Positions 18,452 to 28,556 of a DNA stretch of 64,000 nucleotides are shown here, one piece after another; positions within the stretch are counted from its first letter, which is position 1; each line of letters opens with the position of its first letter. Position numbers and translations under genes: made by a program. The notes under the pieces were generated by a model that was not told the origin of the DNA, made no database searches, and saw only the letters and a program-made list of their open reading frames with translations. The stretch is from Bacteroidales bacterium. Its GTDB lineage: Bacteria; Bacteroidota; Bacteroidia; Bacteroidales; UBA932. The DNA is taken from positions 11,424-75,423 of the forward strand of contig JAFUWX010000045.1 in assembly GCA_017471025.1 (NCBI GenBank), read 5' to 3'.

Positions 18452-18489
18452 CAAATTTAGTGCTAAAATCAAAATTATCCTTACCTTTG
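18452..18489. promoter_or_regulatory. Divergent -7 elements for the S41 gene and rdgB
   Basis: TAAATTTG on minus (18459-18452), TACCTTTG on plus (18482-18489). Confidence 0.7.
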
Positions 18490-18515
18490 CCGGCGGAAAA
18501 CTTGAATGTATTTGT

Positions 18516-19208
18516 ATGAAACTTGTATTCGCAACGGGCAATCGCGGTAAGCTGCAGGAAGCAGCGGAGATTCTCGGCGAGGGGTTTGCGCTCGTTACCC
18601 CCGCAGACATGGGCCTGGAAGAGGATATTCCCGAAACAGGCAAAACATTGGCAGCCAATTCTTTACTAAAAGCCAAATATATCTCGGACCACCTGGGTGC
18701 CGACTGCTTTGCCGACGACACCGGTCTGGAAGTCGAAATCCTGGGCGGCGCGCCCGGCCTGCATACGGCCCGCTATGCGGGTGATGCGAAGGACCCGAAG
18801 GCCAACATCGCCAAGCTGTTGACGGAAATGGCCCGCAAGGAGCGCGAAGCCTCGCTGGCGCGCGCATACGGGCTGCGCACCGTCCACGCCACGCGCTGTG
18901 CGCGCTTTGTCACCGTGGCCACGCTTATCCTGGACGGCGAAATCCATACCTTCACAGGGGAGATGACGGGGAAAATCGGCATCGTACCCACCGGAAAAGG
19001 TGGTTTCGGCTATGATCCCGTGTTTATCCCGGACTGGATTCCGGCCGAGGAACCGGGTGCGCCGCAGGAGACGCCGGACGCCGACAGGCTCGTCCCCAAC
19101 CGGGGCCGGCTCACCTGCGCCCAGATTTCAGAAGAGGCGAAAAACCGCATTTCCCACCGCGGCAAGGCGCTTCGGGCCATGGCGGAGTTCCTGCACAGTA
19201 TCTTATAA
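18516..19208 (+). CDS. rdgB: Non-canonical purine NTP pyrophosphatase (Ham1)
   Basis: ATGNRGK, ADDTGLEV, GFGYDPVF, KNRISHRGKA. Confidence 0.93.
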   Translation: MKLVFATGNRGKLQEAAEILGEGFALVTPADMGLEEDIPETGKTLAANSLLKAKYISDHLGADCFADDTGLEVEILGGAPGLHTARYAGDAKDPKANIAKLLTEMARKEREASLARAYGLRTVHATRCARFVTVATLILDGEIHTFTGEMTGKIGIVPTGKGGFGYDPVFIPDWIPAEEPGAPQETPDADRLVPNRGRLTCAQISEEAKNRISHRGKALRAMAEFLHSIL

Positions 19209-20180
19209 ACAGCTGGTCAGCAGTTTCATCGTTCCTTCAAAGCGGACGGAGCGGGCGCAGGCGGGCAGCAACAGCGTCTCGCCCTGGCGGATCGGCTCCG
19301 GCGTGCCCCCGTCCATGGACAGGGAACCGGCGCCACCGACGCAGATGACGACCAAGAAGGAATCGAGGCCCGACAGGTCCTGCTCCATGGGAGCGTCCAA
19401 ATCGAGCAGGGTGGTCGTGAAATACGGGCAACGGACCAGCTCCACGGCGGCATTGCGCCGGGGCTCATAATCTGTCTTGTAGGAAGGATATACCTGATAA
19501 TCAATGGCTTCCTTAGCCAGCTCGGTATGTAGCTCGCGGGGCTTCCCGTCGAGTCCCGGCCGGTCATAGTCATAGATCCGGTAGGTATAATCCGAGGTCT
19601 GCTGGATTTCCGCGACGAAGGAACCCGCCCCGATGGCGTGGATGCGGCCTGCGGGCAGGAAAAACACATCGCCCGGGGTCAGTTCATGCCGGGCCAGCAC
19701 ATCGGTGATGCGATGCTCCTCCACCAGACGGACATAGTCCTCCGGGGTGATGGCACGGGTCAGGCCAGACAGCAGGTAGGCGCCCGGGGTGGCGGACACG
19801 ACATACCACATCTCGGTCTTTCCTTTCCGTCCCGGACCATACAGGCGCTCGGCCATCGCATCGTCGGGATGGACCTGGATGGACAGGTCCTGCCGGGCAT
19901 CGATAAACTTGATCAGCAGGGGGAATTCTTCCCCAGTAGCGGCGAACACCTTGTCGCCCAGGAGTTTACCCTGATATTCGGCGGCCAGCTCGCGGATGTC
20001 GCGGCCCGCCAGCGGACCGTTCTCCACGACGGAGAGGTGGCCTTCCACCGCCGAAATTTCCCAACTCTCGCCGATATCGGCCCGGTCGGAAGAAACACCT
20101 TTGAACGGCGCAATCCTGTCGCCGCCCCAGACCATGGAACGCAGCCACGGCCGGAAATGAAGGGGATAAAGCGGAATCAT
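19203..20180 (-). CDS. manA: Type I mannose-6-phosphate isomerase
   Basis: GESWEIS, LSIQVHPDD, GKTEMWY, EIQQTSD.TYRIYD. Confidence 0.93.
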   Translation of the reverse strand: MIPLYPLHFRPWLRSMVWGGDRIAPFKGVSSDRADIGESWEISAVEGHLSVVENGPLAGRDIRELAAEYQGKLLGDKVFAATGEEFPLLIKFIDARQDLSIQVHPDDAMAERLYGPGRKGKTEMWYVVSATPGAYLLSGLTRAITPEDYVRLVEEHRITDVLARHELTPGDVFFLPAGRIHAIGAGSFVAEIQQTSDYTYRIYDYDRPGLDGKPRELHTELAKEAIDYQVYPSYKTDYEPRRNAAVELVRCPYFTTTLLDLDAPMEQDLSGLDSFLVVICVGGAGSLSMDGGTPEPIRQGETLLLPACARSVRFEGTMKLLTSCL

Positions 20181-22393
20181 CGCATAAAGAATTCTAAGGT
20201 ACCGCCACGCATGATGTCCCGGTACTCGATATAATCTTTCTTCCAGGTTCTGCCGTTGAGCTTCACCTTGTCGATATACTTGTGCTCCGGGGAATTGTCG
20301 TGGGCAATGATGTCGAAGCGTCCGCCCGGAACCCGCAGACGCACCCGGTCGAAGAGCGGAGAGCCGAACCAGAAACGGGTGGAGGCCGGTTCGACCTGGT
20401 AGAAGCCCAGGGCGGAGAGGATGTACCAGGCACTCATCTGCCCCACGTCCTCGTTGCCGGAAAGGCCGTCAGGCTCCGTGGAATACAGGCTCGCCATCAC
20501 CTCCCTTACCCGCTCGGCCGCCTTGTTGCGGGCGCCGGCCATGGTATAGAAATAAATGATGTGGTGGCTGGGTTCATTGCCATGGACATACTGTCCGATC
20601 AAGCCGGAAATATCCGGCGGGACATTCTCCCCTTCCACGACGGACGGGGCGGAGAACAGCGTATCCAGGCGCTCGGTCAGCCGTTCGCGGGAGCCGTAGA
20701 ATTCCACCAGACCGTCGAAATCGTGCGGGGCCAGCCAGGTATATTGCCAGGCGTTGCCTTCCACATAATCGTAGCCTTCGTAGGCGGATTCAAAGGGGTT
20801 GAAGGGCGTCCGCCAGCTTCCGTCGGCGAAACGGCCGCGGGCGAAGAGGGTTTCCGGATCCATGTAGTTCCGGTAGGAAAGGCTGCGCTGCCCGAACAGG
20901 GCCGCATCCTCTTTGTGGCCGAGCACGGTGGCGGCATGCGCCACGGCGGCATCGGCGATGGCATATTCCATATCCGCGGCGATGGCCCCGTTGTAGCGGT
21001 CGGCCGGGATATAGCCGAATTGCTGACGGTGGTCCTGTCCGCGGTCCGTCTGCATGACAGATTCGCGCAAAGCTTTATATGCCAATTCTTTATCAATCCC
21101 GGGAAGGCCCTTCACCAAGGCGTCCGCCACGGCGATGACGCCCGGATTGCCGACCATCGTATGGGTTTCCCAACCCATCAGGTGCCAGATGGGCAGCTTG
21201 CCCTGCTCCTGGTAGATCCGGAGCATCGTATTGACCATTTCCGTCGTCCGGGCGGGCTGCAGGATGGAAAGCAGCGGCATCTCGGCGCGGTAGGTATCCC
21301 ACAGGGAATAGGTCGTATAGACCGGCTCGTCGCTGTGATAGACCTCGCCGTCGGCGCCCCGGTAATCGCCGTTGACGTCGCAGAACAGCGAGGGGGCGAT
21401 CATCGCATGGTACAGGGCGGTATAGAGCACCTTCTTGTCCTCCTCGGAGGCCGAGGCGACGCGGACCTTCTCCAGTTCGCTGTCCCAGGCCATCATCGCG
21501 GCGTTTACGGTGCCGTCGAAATCCCATCCCGGCAGCTCGGCCTCCATATTGAGGCGGGCATTTTCCTCACTCACCGGCGAGAGGGCCACCTTGACCAGGA
21601 CCTCCTGGCCGGCGGCGAGCTTGCCGAATTCCACGCGGGCGTACATGACATCCTGCGGGGAAGCCGGATCGGCCGGGTTGTAGGGCTTTTCCATGAGCTG
21701 GACCTGCTTGATGGGCAGGGAGAATTCGGCATGGAAGAAAACTTTCTGCTTCTTGGCCCAGCCGGTGGAGAAACGGTAGCCGTCCAGGGCGGTGATTTCC
21801 CCGTCTTCCTCCACGCGGGTCGTGATGGACGTCATCTCGGCCCGGTCCCAGCATCCGCCGTTCTCCAGGTCGATGACAATGGCGCCGGCGCTCGTCTCCG
21901 GGAAGGTGTAACGGTGCAGGCCGACCCGTTTGGTGGCCGTCATCTCGGCCAGGATGCCGTAGCGCTCCAGGGGGATGCTGTAGTAGCCCGGCCAGGTGTC
22001 TTCCTGGCTGCGCAGGCCATAGGACCACATGCCGGAGGCCGGTTCGTCCTCGTTGCCGCGGGCATACCCCGTGCGGCCGATGACCGGCATGACCGTGACG
22101 TCGAACAGATCGCCGATGCCGGTCCCGCTCAGGTGGGTATGCGAGAAGCCGATGATGGTGGAATCGCTGTCATGGTAGCCGGAGCACCAGTCCCAGCTCT
22201 GGGGCAGACTGGTCGGCCCCAGCTGGATGGCCCCGAAGGGGACGGAGGCGCCGACGAACACATGGCCGTGGCCGCCGGAACCGATCCGGGTATCGACAAA
22301 TTCCAGAAGGTCTTCGTCCTGGAAGGAAAAATCCTCCTGGCGTGCGGAACACGCCACCAGGAGGAACAACATCGGGATGAGTATTTTCTTCAT
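20177..22393 (-). CDS. GH92 alpha-mannosidase, lipoprotein
   Basis: Lipobox LVAC, FSHTHLSGTG, SLWDTYR, VEGNAWQY, HGNEPSHH, GNEDVGQMSAW. Confidence 0.93.
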   Translation of the reverse strand: MKKILIPMLFLLVACSARQEDFSFQDEDLLEFVDTRIGSGGHGHVFVGASVPFGAIQLGPTSLPQSWDWCSGYHDSDSTIIGFSHTHLSGTGIGDLFDVTVMPVIGRTGYARGNEDEPASGMWSYGLRSQEDTWPGYYSIPLERYGILAEMTATKRVGLHRYTFPETSAGAIVIDLENGGCWDRAEMTSITTRVEEDGEITALDGYRFSTGWAKKQKVFFHAEFSLPIKQVQLMEKPYNPADPASPQDVMYARVEFGKLAAGQEVLVKVALSPVSEENARLNMEAELPGWDFDGTVNAAMMAWDSELEKVRVASASEEDKKVLYTALYHAMIAPSLFCDVNGDYRGADGEVYHSDEPVYTTYSLWDTYRAEMPLLSILQPARTTEMVNTMLRIYQEQGKLPIWHLMGWETHTMVGNPGVIAVADALVKGLPGIDKELAYKALRESVMQTDRGQDHRQQFGYIPADRYNGAIAADMEYAIADAAVAHAATVLGHKEDAALFGQRSLSYRNYMDPETLFARGRFADGSWRTPFNPFESAYEGYDYVEGNAWQYTWLAPHDFDGLVEFYGSRERLTERLDTLFSAPSVVEGENVPPDISGLIGQYVHGNEPSHHIIYFYTMAGARNKAAERVREVMASLYSTEPDGLSGNEDVGQMSAWYILSALGFYQVEPASTRFWFGSPLFDRVRLRVPGGRFDIIAHDNSPEHKYIDKVKLNGRTWKKDYIEYRDIMRGGTLEFFMR

Positions 22394-22414
22394 GCAGAAG
22401 TTGGGGAAATAAAA

Positions 22415-23938
22415 CTAAATCAACGGCTCAGCCGTCATCGCCGCAGGCTGCGGAATGCCCATCAGCTTGAGGATGGTCGGAGCGACATTGCAGAGCGCGC
22501 CGTCCTTGACTTCCTTCACCTCGGGGACATTGATGACGATGAACTGTACGGTATTCAGGGAATGGGCCGTGTTGGGCGTGCCGTCGGGATTGACCTCATA
22601 GTCGGCATTGCCGTGGTCGGCAGTCAGGAGGATGGCATAGCCATGGGCGGTAGCGGCTTCGACGACCTTGCCGACGAGCTTGTCTATGCAGGCGACGGCC
22701 CGTTCGACGGAGGTATAGACGCCGGTATGGCCGACCATGTCGCCGTTGGCGAAGTTCAGGATGATCATATCCTCCTTCTCGGTGGCGATGGCCGCGATCA
22801 GCTTCTCGGCCACTTCGGGGGCGCTCATCTCAGGCAGGATGTCGTAGGTGGGCACCTTCGGGGAATTCACCAGGATACGGTCCTCGTTCTCGAAGGGGGT
22901 CTCGCGGCCGCCGTTGAAGAAGAAGGTCACATGGGCGTATTTCTCGGTTTCCGCGATGCGCAGCTGGCGCCGGCCGGCCTTCGAGACGGTTTCGCCCAGG
23001 GTGTCGTTCACCTCTTCCTTGTCGAAGAGGATGTGGACGCCGGTGAAGGACGCGTCGTAGGGCGTCAGGCAGCAGTAATGCAGCGGAAGGGTATGCATGC
23101 CTTCTTCGGGCATGTCCTTCTGCGTCAGGACGGTGGTCAGCTCGCGGGCGCGGTCGTTGCGGAAATTGTAGAAGATGACGGCGTCGCCTTCTTCGATTTT
23201 GGCCAGGGGCTCCCCGGCTGCGTCGGTCACGACGATAGGCTTGACGAATTCATCGGTGACATCGGCGTCGTAGGAGGCCTGGATGCCGTCGATGGCGGAG
23301 GTGAATTTCTCGCCGACACCGCTGACCAGCAGGTCATACGCCTCTTTGATGCGGTTCCAGCGTTTGTCGCGGTCCATGGCATAGAAACGGCCGCAGACCG
23401 TGGCGATCTTGCCCGTCGTCTTGGCCATTTCGGCCTCAAGGTCCTGGAGGAAGCCCTTTCCGCTGCGCGGATCGGTGTCGCGGCCATCCATGAAGGCATG
23501 GACGAACACCTGGTCTATCCCCTGCTCGGCGGCGACGCGGAGGAATTCATACACATGGTCCAGCGAGCTGTGGACGCCGCCCGTGGAGGTCAGTCCCATC
23601 AGGTGAAGCTTCCTGCCGCTGCGCTTGACATAGTCATAGACAGCCTTTATCTCTTTGTTATCGAGGAATTTATGGTCTCTGCAAGCCATATTGATCTTGA
23701 CGAGGTCCTGGTAAACGACGCGGCCGGCGCCGAGGTTCATGTGACCGACCTCGGAGTTGCCCATCTGGCCGTCCGGCAGGCCCACATATTCGCCGCAGGC
23801 CTGAAGGTGGCTGAAAGGATATTTCGCCCGCAGGGCGTCGATGACCGGCGTGCCCTGGCTCCAGATTGCGTTGGAATAATCATGTCGGCCTTCTCCCCAG
23901 CCGTCAAGAATCATAAGTAGTACTTTCCTGTTCTCCAT
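22415..23938 (-). CDS. gpmI: 2,3-BPG-independent phosphoglycerate mutase
   Basis: [27 protein letters not shown]. Confidence 0.97.
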   Translation of the reverse strand: MENRKVLLMILDGWGEGRHDYSNAIWSQGTPVIDALRAKYPFSHLQACGEYVGLPDGQMGNSEVGHMNLGAGRVVYQDLVKINMACRDHKFLDNKEIKAVYDYVKRSGRKLHLMGLTSTGGVHSSLDHVYEFLRVAAEQGIDQVFVHAFMDGRDTDPRSGKGFLQDLEAEMAKTTGKIATVCGRFYAMDRDKRWNRIKEAYDLLVSGVGEKFTSAIDGIQASYDADVTDEFVKPIVVTDAAGEPLAKIEEGDAVIFYNFRNDRARELTTVLTQKDMPEEGMHTLPLHYCCLTPYDASFTGVHILFDKEEVNDTLGETVSKAGRRQLRIAETEKYAHVTFFFNGGRETPFENEDRILVNSPKVPTYDILPEMSAPEVAEKLIAAIATEKEDMIILNFANGDMVGHTGVYTSVERAVACIDKLVGKVVEAATAHGYAILLTADHGNADYEVNPDGTPNTAHSLNTVQFIVINVPEVKEVKDGALCNVAPTILKLMGIPQPAAMTAEPLI

Positions 23939-23958
23939 ATCTGTAATTTAATATCTTG

Positions 23959-23999
23959 CAAAGTTACTCATAATTTGCGACAAAAATGTCGTATCTTTG
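23959..23999. promoter_or_regulatory. Divergent -7 elements for gpmI and rnr
   Basis: TAACTTTG on minus (23966-23959), TATCTTTG on plus (23992-23999). Confidence 0.7.
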
Positions 24000-24021
24000 C
24001 ACAAAATTGAAACCTAACGAA

Positions 24022-26349
24022 ATGAGAAGAAAAGAGAATGTGCGCGGAAACCAGCGGAAGAAAAAAGAGCGCGCACTGACTGAATGCGAAGGAACTGTGA
24101 TGATGAGCCGGGACGGACGGGTCTATGTCCGGATTCCGGACCGGGCGGACGACGTCATGATCAAATCGTCCCGGACCCGGGGCGCCCTCAACGGAGACCG
24201 CGTCAAAATCGTCATCACCCGGGACGGCCGCAAGGCGGAAGGGGAAATCCTGACCATCCTGGAGCGGACGAAAAAGCCCTTCGTCGGGGTGCTCCACGTC
24301 GTGGGAGCCCAGGCCTGGGTGCTGATGCAGAGCAAATATATGCCCTACGATATCACGGTCCGGGTGGTGGACCGGGAGGGGAAGCCCCTCTACCGACGGC
24401 GCCATGCGGAAGAAAACGACCCGGTGGACTATACCGGCGCCCTGCGGCAGCTCAGCAAGAATGAATATTCGGTCGTAGGCGTCACCGAAACGGTGGACGG
24501 CCAGGACCGCGAACTGCGTACCCACATCGGCATGAAGGTGGCCTGCATCGTGGACGGTTGGGACCGGGGCGAGCCGAATCCCCGCGGACACCTCGTCGAT
24601 GTGCTGGGCGAGCTGGGCGAGAACGACACCGAAATGCACGCCATCCTGTCCGAATACGGCCTTCCCTACCGCTTCGAAGCCGAAGTCGAGAATGCCGCGG
24701 ACAAGATTTCCGATAAGATTACGGCCCGCGACCTGGCCGGGCGCCGGGATTTCCGCGATACGCTGACCTTCACCATAGACCCCGCCGACGCCAAGGATTT
24801 CGACGACGCCCTGTCGCTGCGCAAGCTGGACAACGGCAATTTCGAAGTCGGTGTCCATATCGCCGACGTCTCCTGGTATGTCAAACCGGGCACGGCCGTG
24901 GACAAGGAGGCGCAGGCGCGCGGAACGTCCGTCTATCTGGTGGACCGGACCGTGCCGATGCTGCCCGAGAAACTGTCCAACAAACTGTGCTCCCTGCGGC
25001 CCGGAGAGGACAAGCTGACTTTCTCCGTCGTGGTGGAAATGACCCCGCACGGGAAAGCGATCAACCCCTGGTTCGGCCGGACGGTCATCCGCTCGGACTA
25101 CCGTTTCGCCTATGAGACGGCCCAGCAGGTCATCGATGCCGGCGACGCGGCGCTGACCCAGGAAATCCGCGGCGGCACAGACGGCACCAGCACTCCTTCG
25201 GAGGCCTTCGGCGTGACCACGGGCTGCGTCATCCCGCGGGAGCAGAAAGAGGCCATCCTGATCCTGTGGAGGCTGGCCGCCCAGCTGCGCAAACGGCGTT
25301 TCGCCGAAGGCGCCATCAGCTTCGAGCGGCCGGAGATGAAGGTGGAAGTGGACGACAAGGGACGGCCCGTCCGCGTCTGGCAGAAGATTTCGGCCGAGGC
25401 CAACTGGCTGATCGAGGAGTTCATGCTGCTGGCCAACCGGACCGTGGCGGAATATGTCGCGACGGACGGCAAGATGAACGGCCGCGCCCGCAAGGACGCC
25501 AAGATCTTCGTCTATCGTATCCACGACGAACCGAACCTGGAGAAACTCCAGGGACTGAGGACCTTCGCCGGCAACTTCGGCTATGAGACCAGCGTCGGAG
25601 AAAGCGGCGGACGGGAAGCCGCCAAGGCCCTGAACAACCTGTTGGAGGAAGCCCGGGAGAAGCCGGAATTCTATGCCCTGGAAATGATCGCACTCCGGTC
25701 CATGGCCAAGGCCTGCTACCGGACGGACAACATCGGGCATTACGGCCTGGCCTTCCGTTTCTATACCCATTTCACCTCGCCTATCCGGCGGTATCCCGAC
25801 ATGATGGTCCACCGGCTGCTGGCCCTGTACCTGGCCGGGAAGCCCTCGCAGGACAAGAACTTCTACGAAGAGCAGTGCATCCATGCCTCCGACCGGGAGG
25901 TGCTGGCGGCGAACGCCGAACGCGACAGCATCAAGTACAAGCTCGTGGAATTCATGCAGGACAAAGTCGGCGAGGAATTCACCGGCCATATCTCGGGCCT
26001 GACCGAATGGGGCATGTATGTGGAAATCGAGCCGACGAAAATCGAAGGCATGGTGCCCCTGCGGGATATCCAGAGCGACTTTTTCGAATTCGACGAAGAG
26101 CACTACCGGGTCTGCGGCAAGCGGACCGGACCGACCTACCAGCTGGGCGACGAGGTGCGCATCCGCGTCCGGTCCACGAACCTGGAACAGCGCCTGCTGG
26201 ATTATGAGCTGGTCGATCCGGAAACGGAGGCTGCCCCTGCGGTCCCGAACGGCAGAAGGGCGGCCAAAGCCCCGCGGGACCGCTCCGGGCGGAAAGCCGG
26301 GGCCAAACCGCGCGAAACGAAAGGAAAAGGCCGCGGAAAGCGCAAATAA
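24022..26349 (+). CDS. rnr: Ribonuclease R
   Basis: TIDPADAKDFDDA, IEEFMLLAN, HFTSPIRRYPD, S1 domain, basic tail; start placed at 24022 because the promoter overlaps the upstream ATG. Confidence 0.95.
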   Translation: MRRKENVRGNQRKKKERALTECEGTVMMSRDGRVYVRIPDRADDVMIKSSRTRGALNGDRVKIVITRDGRKAEGEILTILERTKKPFVGVLHVVGAQAWVLMQSKYMPYDITVRVVDREGKPLYRRRHAEENDPVDYTGALRQLSKNEYSVVGVTETVDGQDRELRTHIGMKVACIVDGWDRGEPNPRGHLVDVLGELGENDTEMHAILSEYGLPYRFEAEVENAADKISDKITARDLAGRRDFRDTLTFTIDPADAKDFDDALSLRKLDNGNFEVGVHIADVSWYVKPGTAVDKEAQARGTSVYLVDRTVPMLPEKLSNKLCSLRPGEDKLTFSVVVEMTPHGKAINPWFGRTVIRSDYRFAYETAQQVIDAGDAALTQEIRGGTDGTSTPSEAFGVTTGCVIPREQKEAILILWRLAAQLRKRRFAEGAISFERPEMKVEVDDKGRPVRVWQKISAEANWLIEEFMLLANRTVAEYVATDGKMNGRARKDAKIFVYRIHDEPNLEKLQGLRTFAGNFGYETSVGESGGREAAKALNNLLEEAREKPEFYALEMIALRSMAKACYRTDNIGHYGLAFRFYTHFTSPIRRYPDMMVHRLLALYLAGKPSQDKNFYEEQCIHASDREVLAANAERDSIKYKLVEFMQDKVGEEFTGHISGLTEWGMYVEIEPTKIEGMVPLRDIQSDFFEFDEEHYRVCGKRTGPTYQLGDEVRIRVRSTNLEQRLLDYELVDPETEAAPAVPNGRRAAKAPRDRSGRKAGAKPRETKGKGRGKRK

Positions 26350-26364
26350 CGGGTGATCTCAAGC

Positions 26365-26401
26365 AAAAAACGCGAAAACAAATCGTTATTCGCGTTTTTT
26401 T
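26365..26401 (+). terminator. Intrinsic terminator after rnr
   Basis: aaaaaacgcgaa...ttcgcgttttttt. Confidence 0.8.
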
Positions 26402-26441
26402 CATTATATTGGGGCCAACGACAATTAAAAGGTTTGGTCTT

Positions 26442-28490
26442 ATGAAAAACTACTCCCGTCAGAAAAAGAACTGGCCGCGTTATATCCTGCAATGGGGCAC
26501 CTTGGCCGCGCTTGTATTTTTCCTCAGCGGCCTGGCCCAACTCCTTTTCCCGAAAATGGAACCCGCCGACCCGGAAGCGCTCTGCCCGCTGGGCGGTCTA
26601 GAGGCCCTCGCCACCTATGGCGTCCGGGGTTCGCTGCCCTGCAGCATGAGTTCCTTGCAGGTCATGATGGGCATCGCCCTGGCCGCGGCCGTCATCCTGT
26701 TCAGCAAACTGTTCTGCGGCTATCTCTGCCCGGTCGGCACGTTGCAGGACTTGCTGCTGAAGCTTCGCAATAAACTGAAAATCAAAGCTATATCCATCCG
26801 CAACGGCAGCGTCGCCGACAAAATCCTCCGCATCTTCAAATACGTGCTGGTCTTCTGGATTTTCTATATGACGGCGACGGCCAGCGAGCTGTTCTGCAAG
26901 AACCTGGACCCGTATTACGCCATCGCGACCGGTTTCAAGGGCGAAATCACCCTGTGGATGTCGATCGTGACGGTGTCGCTGCTGATTCTCGGCGGCTTCG
27001 TCATCGACATGTTCTGGTGCAAATACCTCTGCCCGCTGGGCGCCATTTCCAATTCCCTGAAATTCTGGGCCTGGATCCTGGGCATTACCGCGATCTGGTG
27101 GTTCCTGGGCCAGATCGGTGTCGCGATGCCGTGGACCTGGCTGCTGGGCGCGCTCTGCCTGGCCGGGTATCTGCTGGAAATCCTCCGCCGCGAGCCCAAG
27201 CTGGCGCTGCTGCACATCATCAAGGATGACGGCAAGTGTACCGGCTGCGGCCTTTGCAACAAGACCTGCCCCTACCATATCGACATCGCCTCCGCCAAGG
27301 GCAAGGTGACCAGCGTGGACTGCACCCTGTGCGGCGAATGTGTCGGAAGCTGTAACTTCGGTGCCCTGCAGACCGGCCTGTCCCGCAAGGCCAAGGGCGG
27401 CGCCTGGCGTTATGTGCCGGCCGTATTGACCTTGCTCCTCCTGGGCATCGGCTTCTGGGCCGGCAGCAAGATCGAACTGCCTACCATCGACGAAAGCTGG
27501 GGCCTGGAAATGGTTGCCGAAGACGGGACCGTCACCCCGCTGGTGGACAAGGCCAGTCTGAAGTCCTTCGAAATCATGCCTTTACGCTCGGTCAAATGCT
27601 TCGGCAGCTCGATGGCCTTCAAGGGAAAGGTGCAGCAGATCAAGGGTACGCACGGCGTGAAGACCTATGTGGGCAAGCACCGGGTCGTGATTACCTATGA
27701 CCCGACCGTCACCAACCCCGAGAAGATCCAGGAAGCCATCTTCGTCCCGTCCAAGTTCCGGGTGGAGAATCCCGACCCGAAGGCCGTGGAGCAGGTGAAA
27801 ATGGTCACCATCCGCACCGAGGACATGCCCGATAAGATGGACCTCAACAACCTCGGCATGCAGATGCGTTTCTCCGAGAAGAAAATATACGGCCTGGAGA
27901 GCGAATTCGCCTGTCCGCTGATCATCCGGGTGTTCATGGATCCGGCCGAGGAGGCCGATGCCCCCTGGTTCAAGCAAATCGTCGAAAAGAAGACGCTGGA
28001 AATGCCGCTGCACGGCGGCGGTGTCAAGGAAACCCCGCTCAGCTTCCGTTTCGTGGAGCTGGAGAAGGGCGAGGAATTCCTGCCGGTCGCGGACTACCTG
28101 AAACGGATGTTCACCCCCTTCAAGGCTGAATTCAACGGCCGCTATGCGGACGGCATCCGCAAACGGACGGAAGTCTATGAAGGGAAGCCGCAGTTCGTCT
28201 ATGAGGTGGCCGACCAGAACTATGAGAAGCCGATCGTCCAGCGCAACCTCCCCTTCCTGAGCAACCATCTCTCCCGGGAAGAAGGCGTCATCGGCGTGTA
28301 TTGCGTGCTGAATGAAGACCTGGTGCCGGCCATCCGGGTCCGTTTCGCGGCCCCATGTACGGCAGAGCGTATCTGGGAGCTGATGACGATGGACACCTGG
28401 ACCATCACCTATTCGGCGGACAATGTCAAGGAAGAAGCGGCGAAACTCTCCTTCAAACAGGAAGGCGTCGTGAAACCATACCTGCCATAA
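26442..28490 (+). CDS. Membrane 4Fe-4S protein (NapH/MauN-like) with C-terminal HMA-like repeats
   Basis: CPLGG, FCGYLCPVG, CKYLCPLG, CTGCGLCNKTCP, CTLCGECVGSC; after a further TM, SVKCFGSSMAF...GVKTYVGKHRVVITYDP and related segments. Confidence 0.8.
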   Translation: MKNYSRQKKNWPRYILQWGTLAALVFFLSGLAQLLFPKMEPADPEALCPLGGLEALATYGVRGSLPCSMSSLQVMMGIALAAAVILFSKLFCGYLCPVGTLQDLLLKLRNKLKIKAISIRNGSVADKILRIFKYVLVFWIFYMTATASELFCKNLDPYYAIATGFKGEITLWMSIVTVSLLILGGFVIDMFWCKYLCPLGAISNSLKFWAWILGITAIWWFLGQIGVAMPWTWLLGALCLAGYLLEILRREPKLALLHIIKDDGKCTGCGLCNKTCPYHIDIASAKGKVTSVDCTLCGECVGSCNFGALQTGLSRKAKGGAWRYVPAVLTLLLLGIGFWAGSKIELPTIDESWGLEMVAEDGTVTPLVDKASLKSFEIMPLRSVKCFGSSMAFKGKVQQIKGTHGVKTYVGKHRVVITYDPTVTNPEKIQEAIFVPSKFRVENPDPKAVEQVKMVTIRTEDMPDKMDLNNLGMQMRFSEKKIYGLESEFACPLIIRVFMDPAEEADAPWFKQIVEKKTLEMPLHGGGVKETPLSFRFVELEKGEEFLPVADYLKRMFTPFKAEFNGRYADGIRKRTEVYEGKPQFVYEVADQNYEKPIVQRNLPFLSNHLSREEGVIGVYCVLNEDLVPAIRVRFAAPCTAERIWELMTMDTWTITYSADNVKEEAAKLSFKQEGVVKPYLP

Positions 28491-28556
28491 TCCCCATTTA
28501 TTGGGATTTCAAATGGGGCGGATAATCCGTATCTTCGTCCCCTCAAAAAATACGTT

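Noticed and set aside
28491-28556. Cobalamin/TPP riboswitch or Fur box before the TonB receptor
   Set aside because: The spacer is only 66 nt and shows none of the conserved aptamer motifs or a convincing Fur box
26442-28556. Firm claim that the Fe-S gene is co-transcribed with the TonB locus
   Set aside because: An 8-bp hairpin and a variant -7 element lie between them, so linkage is only a hypothesis
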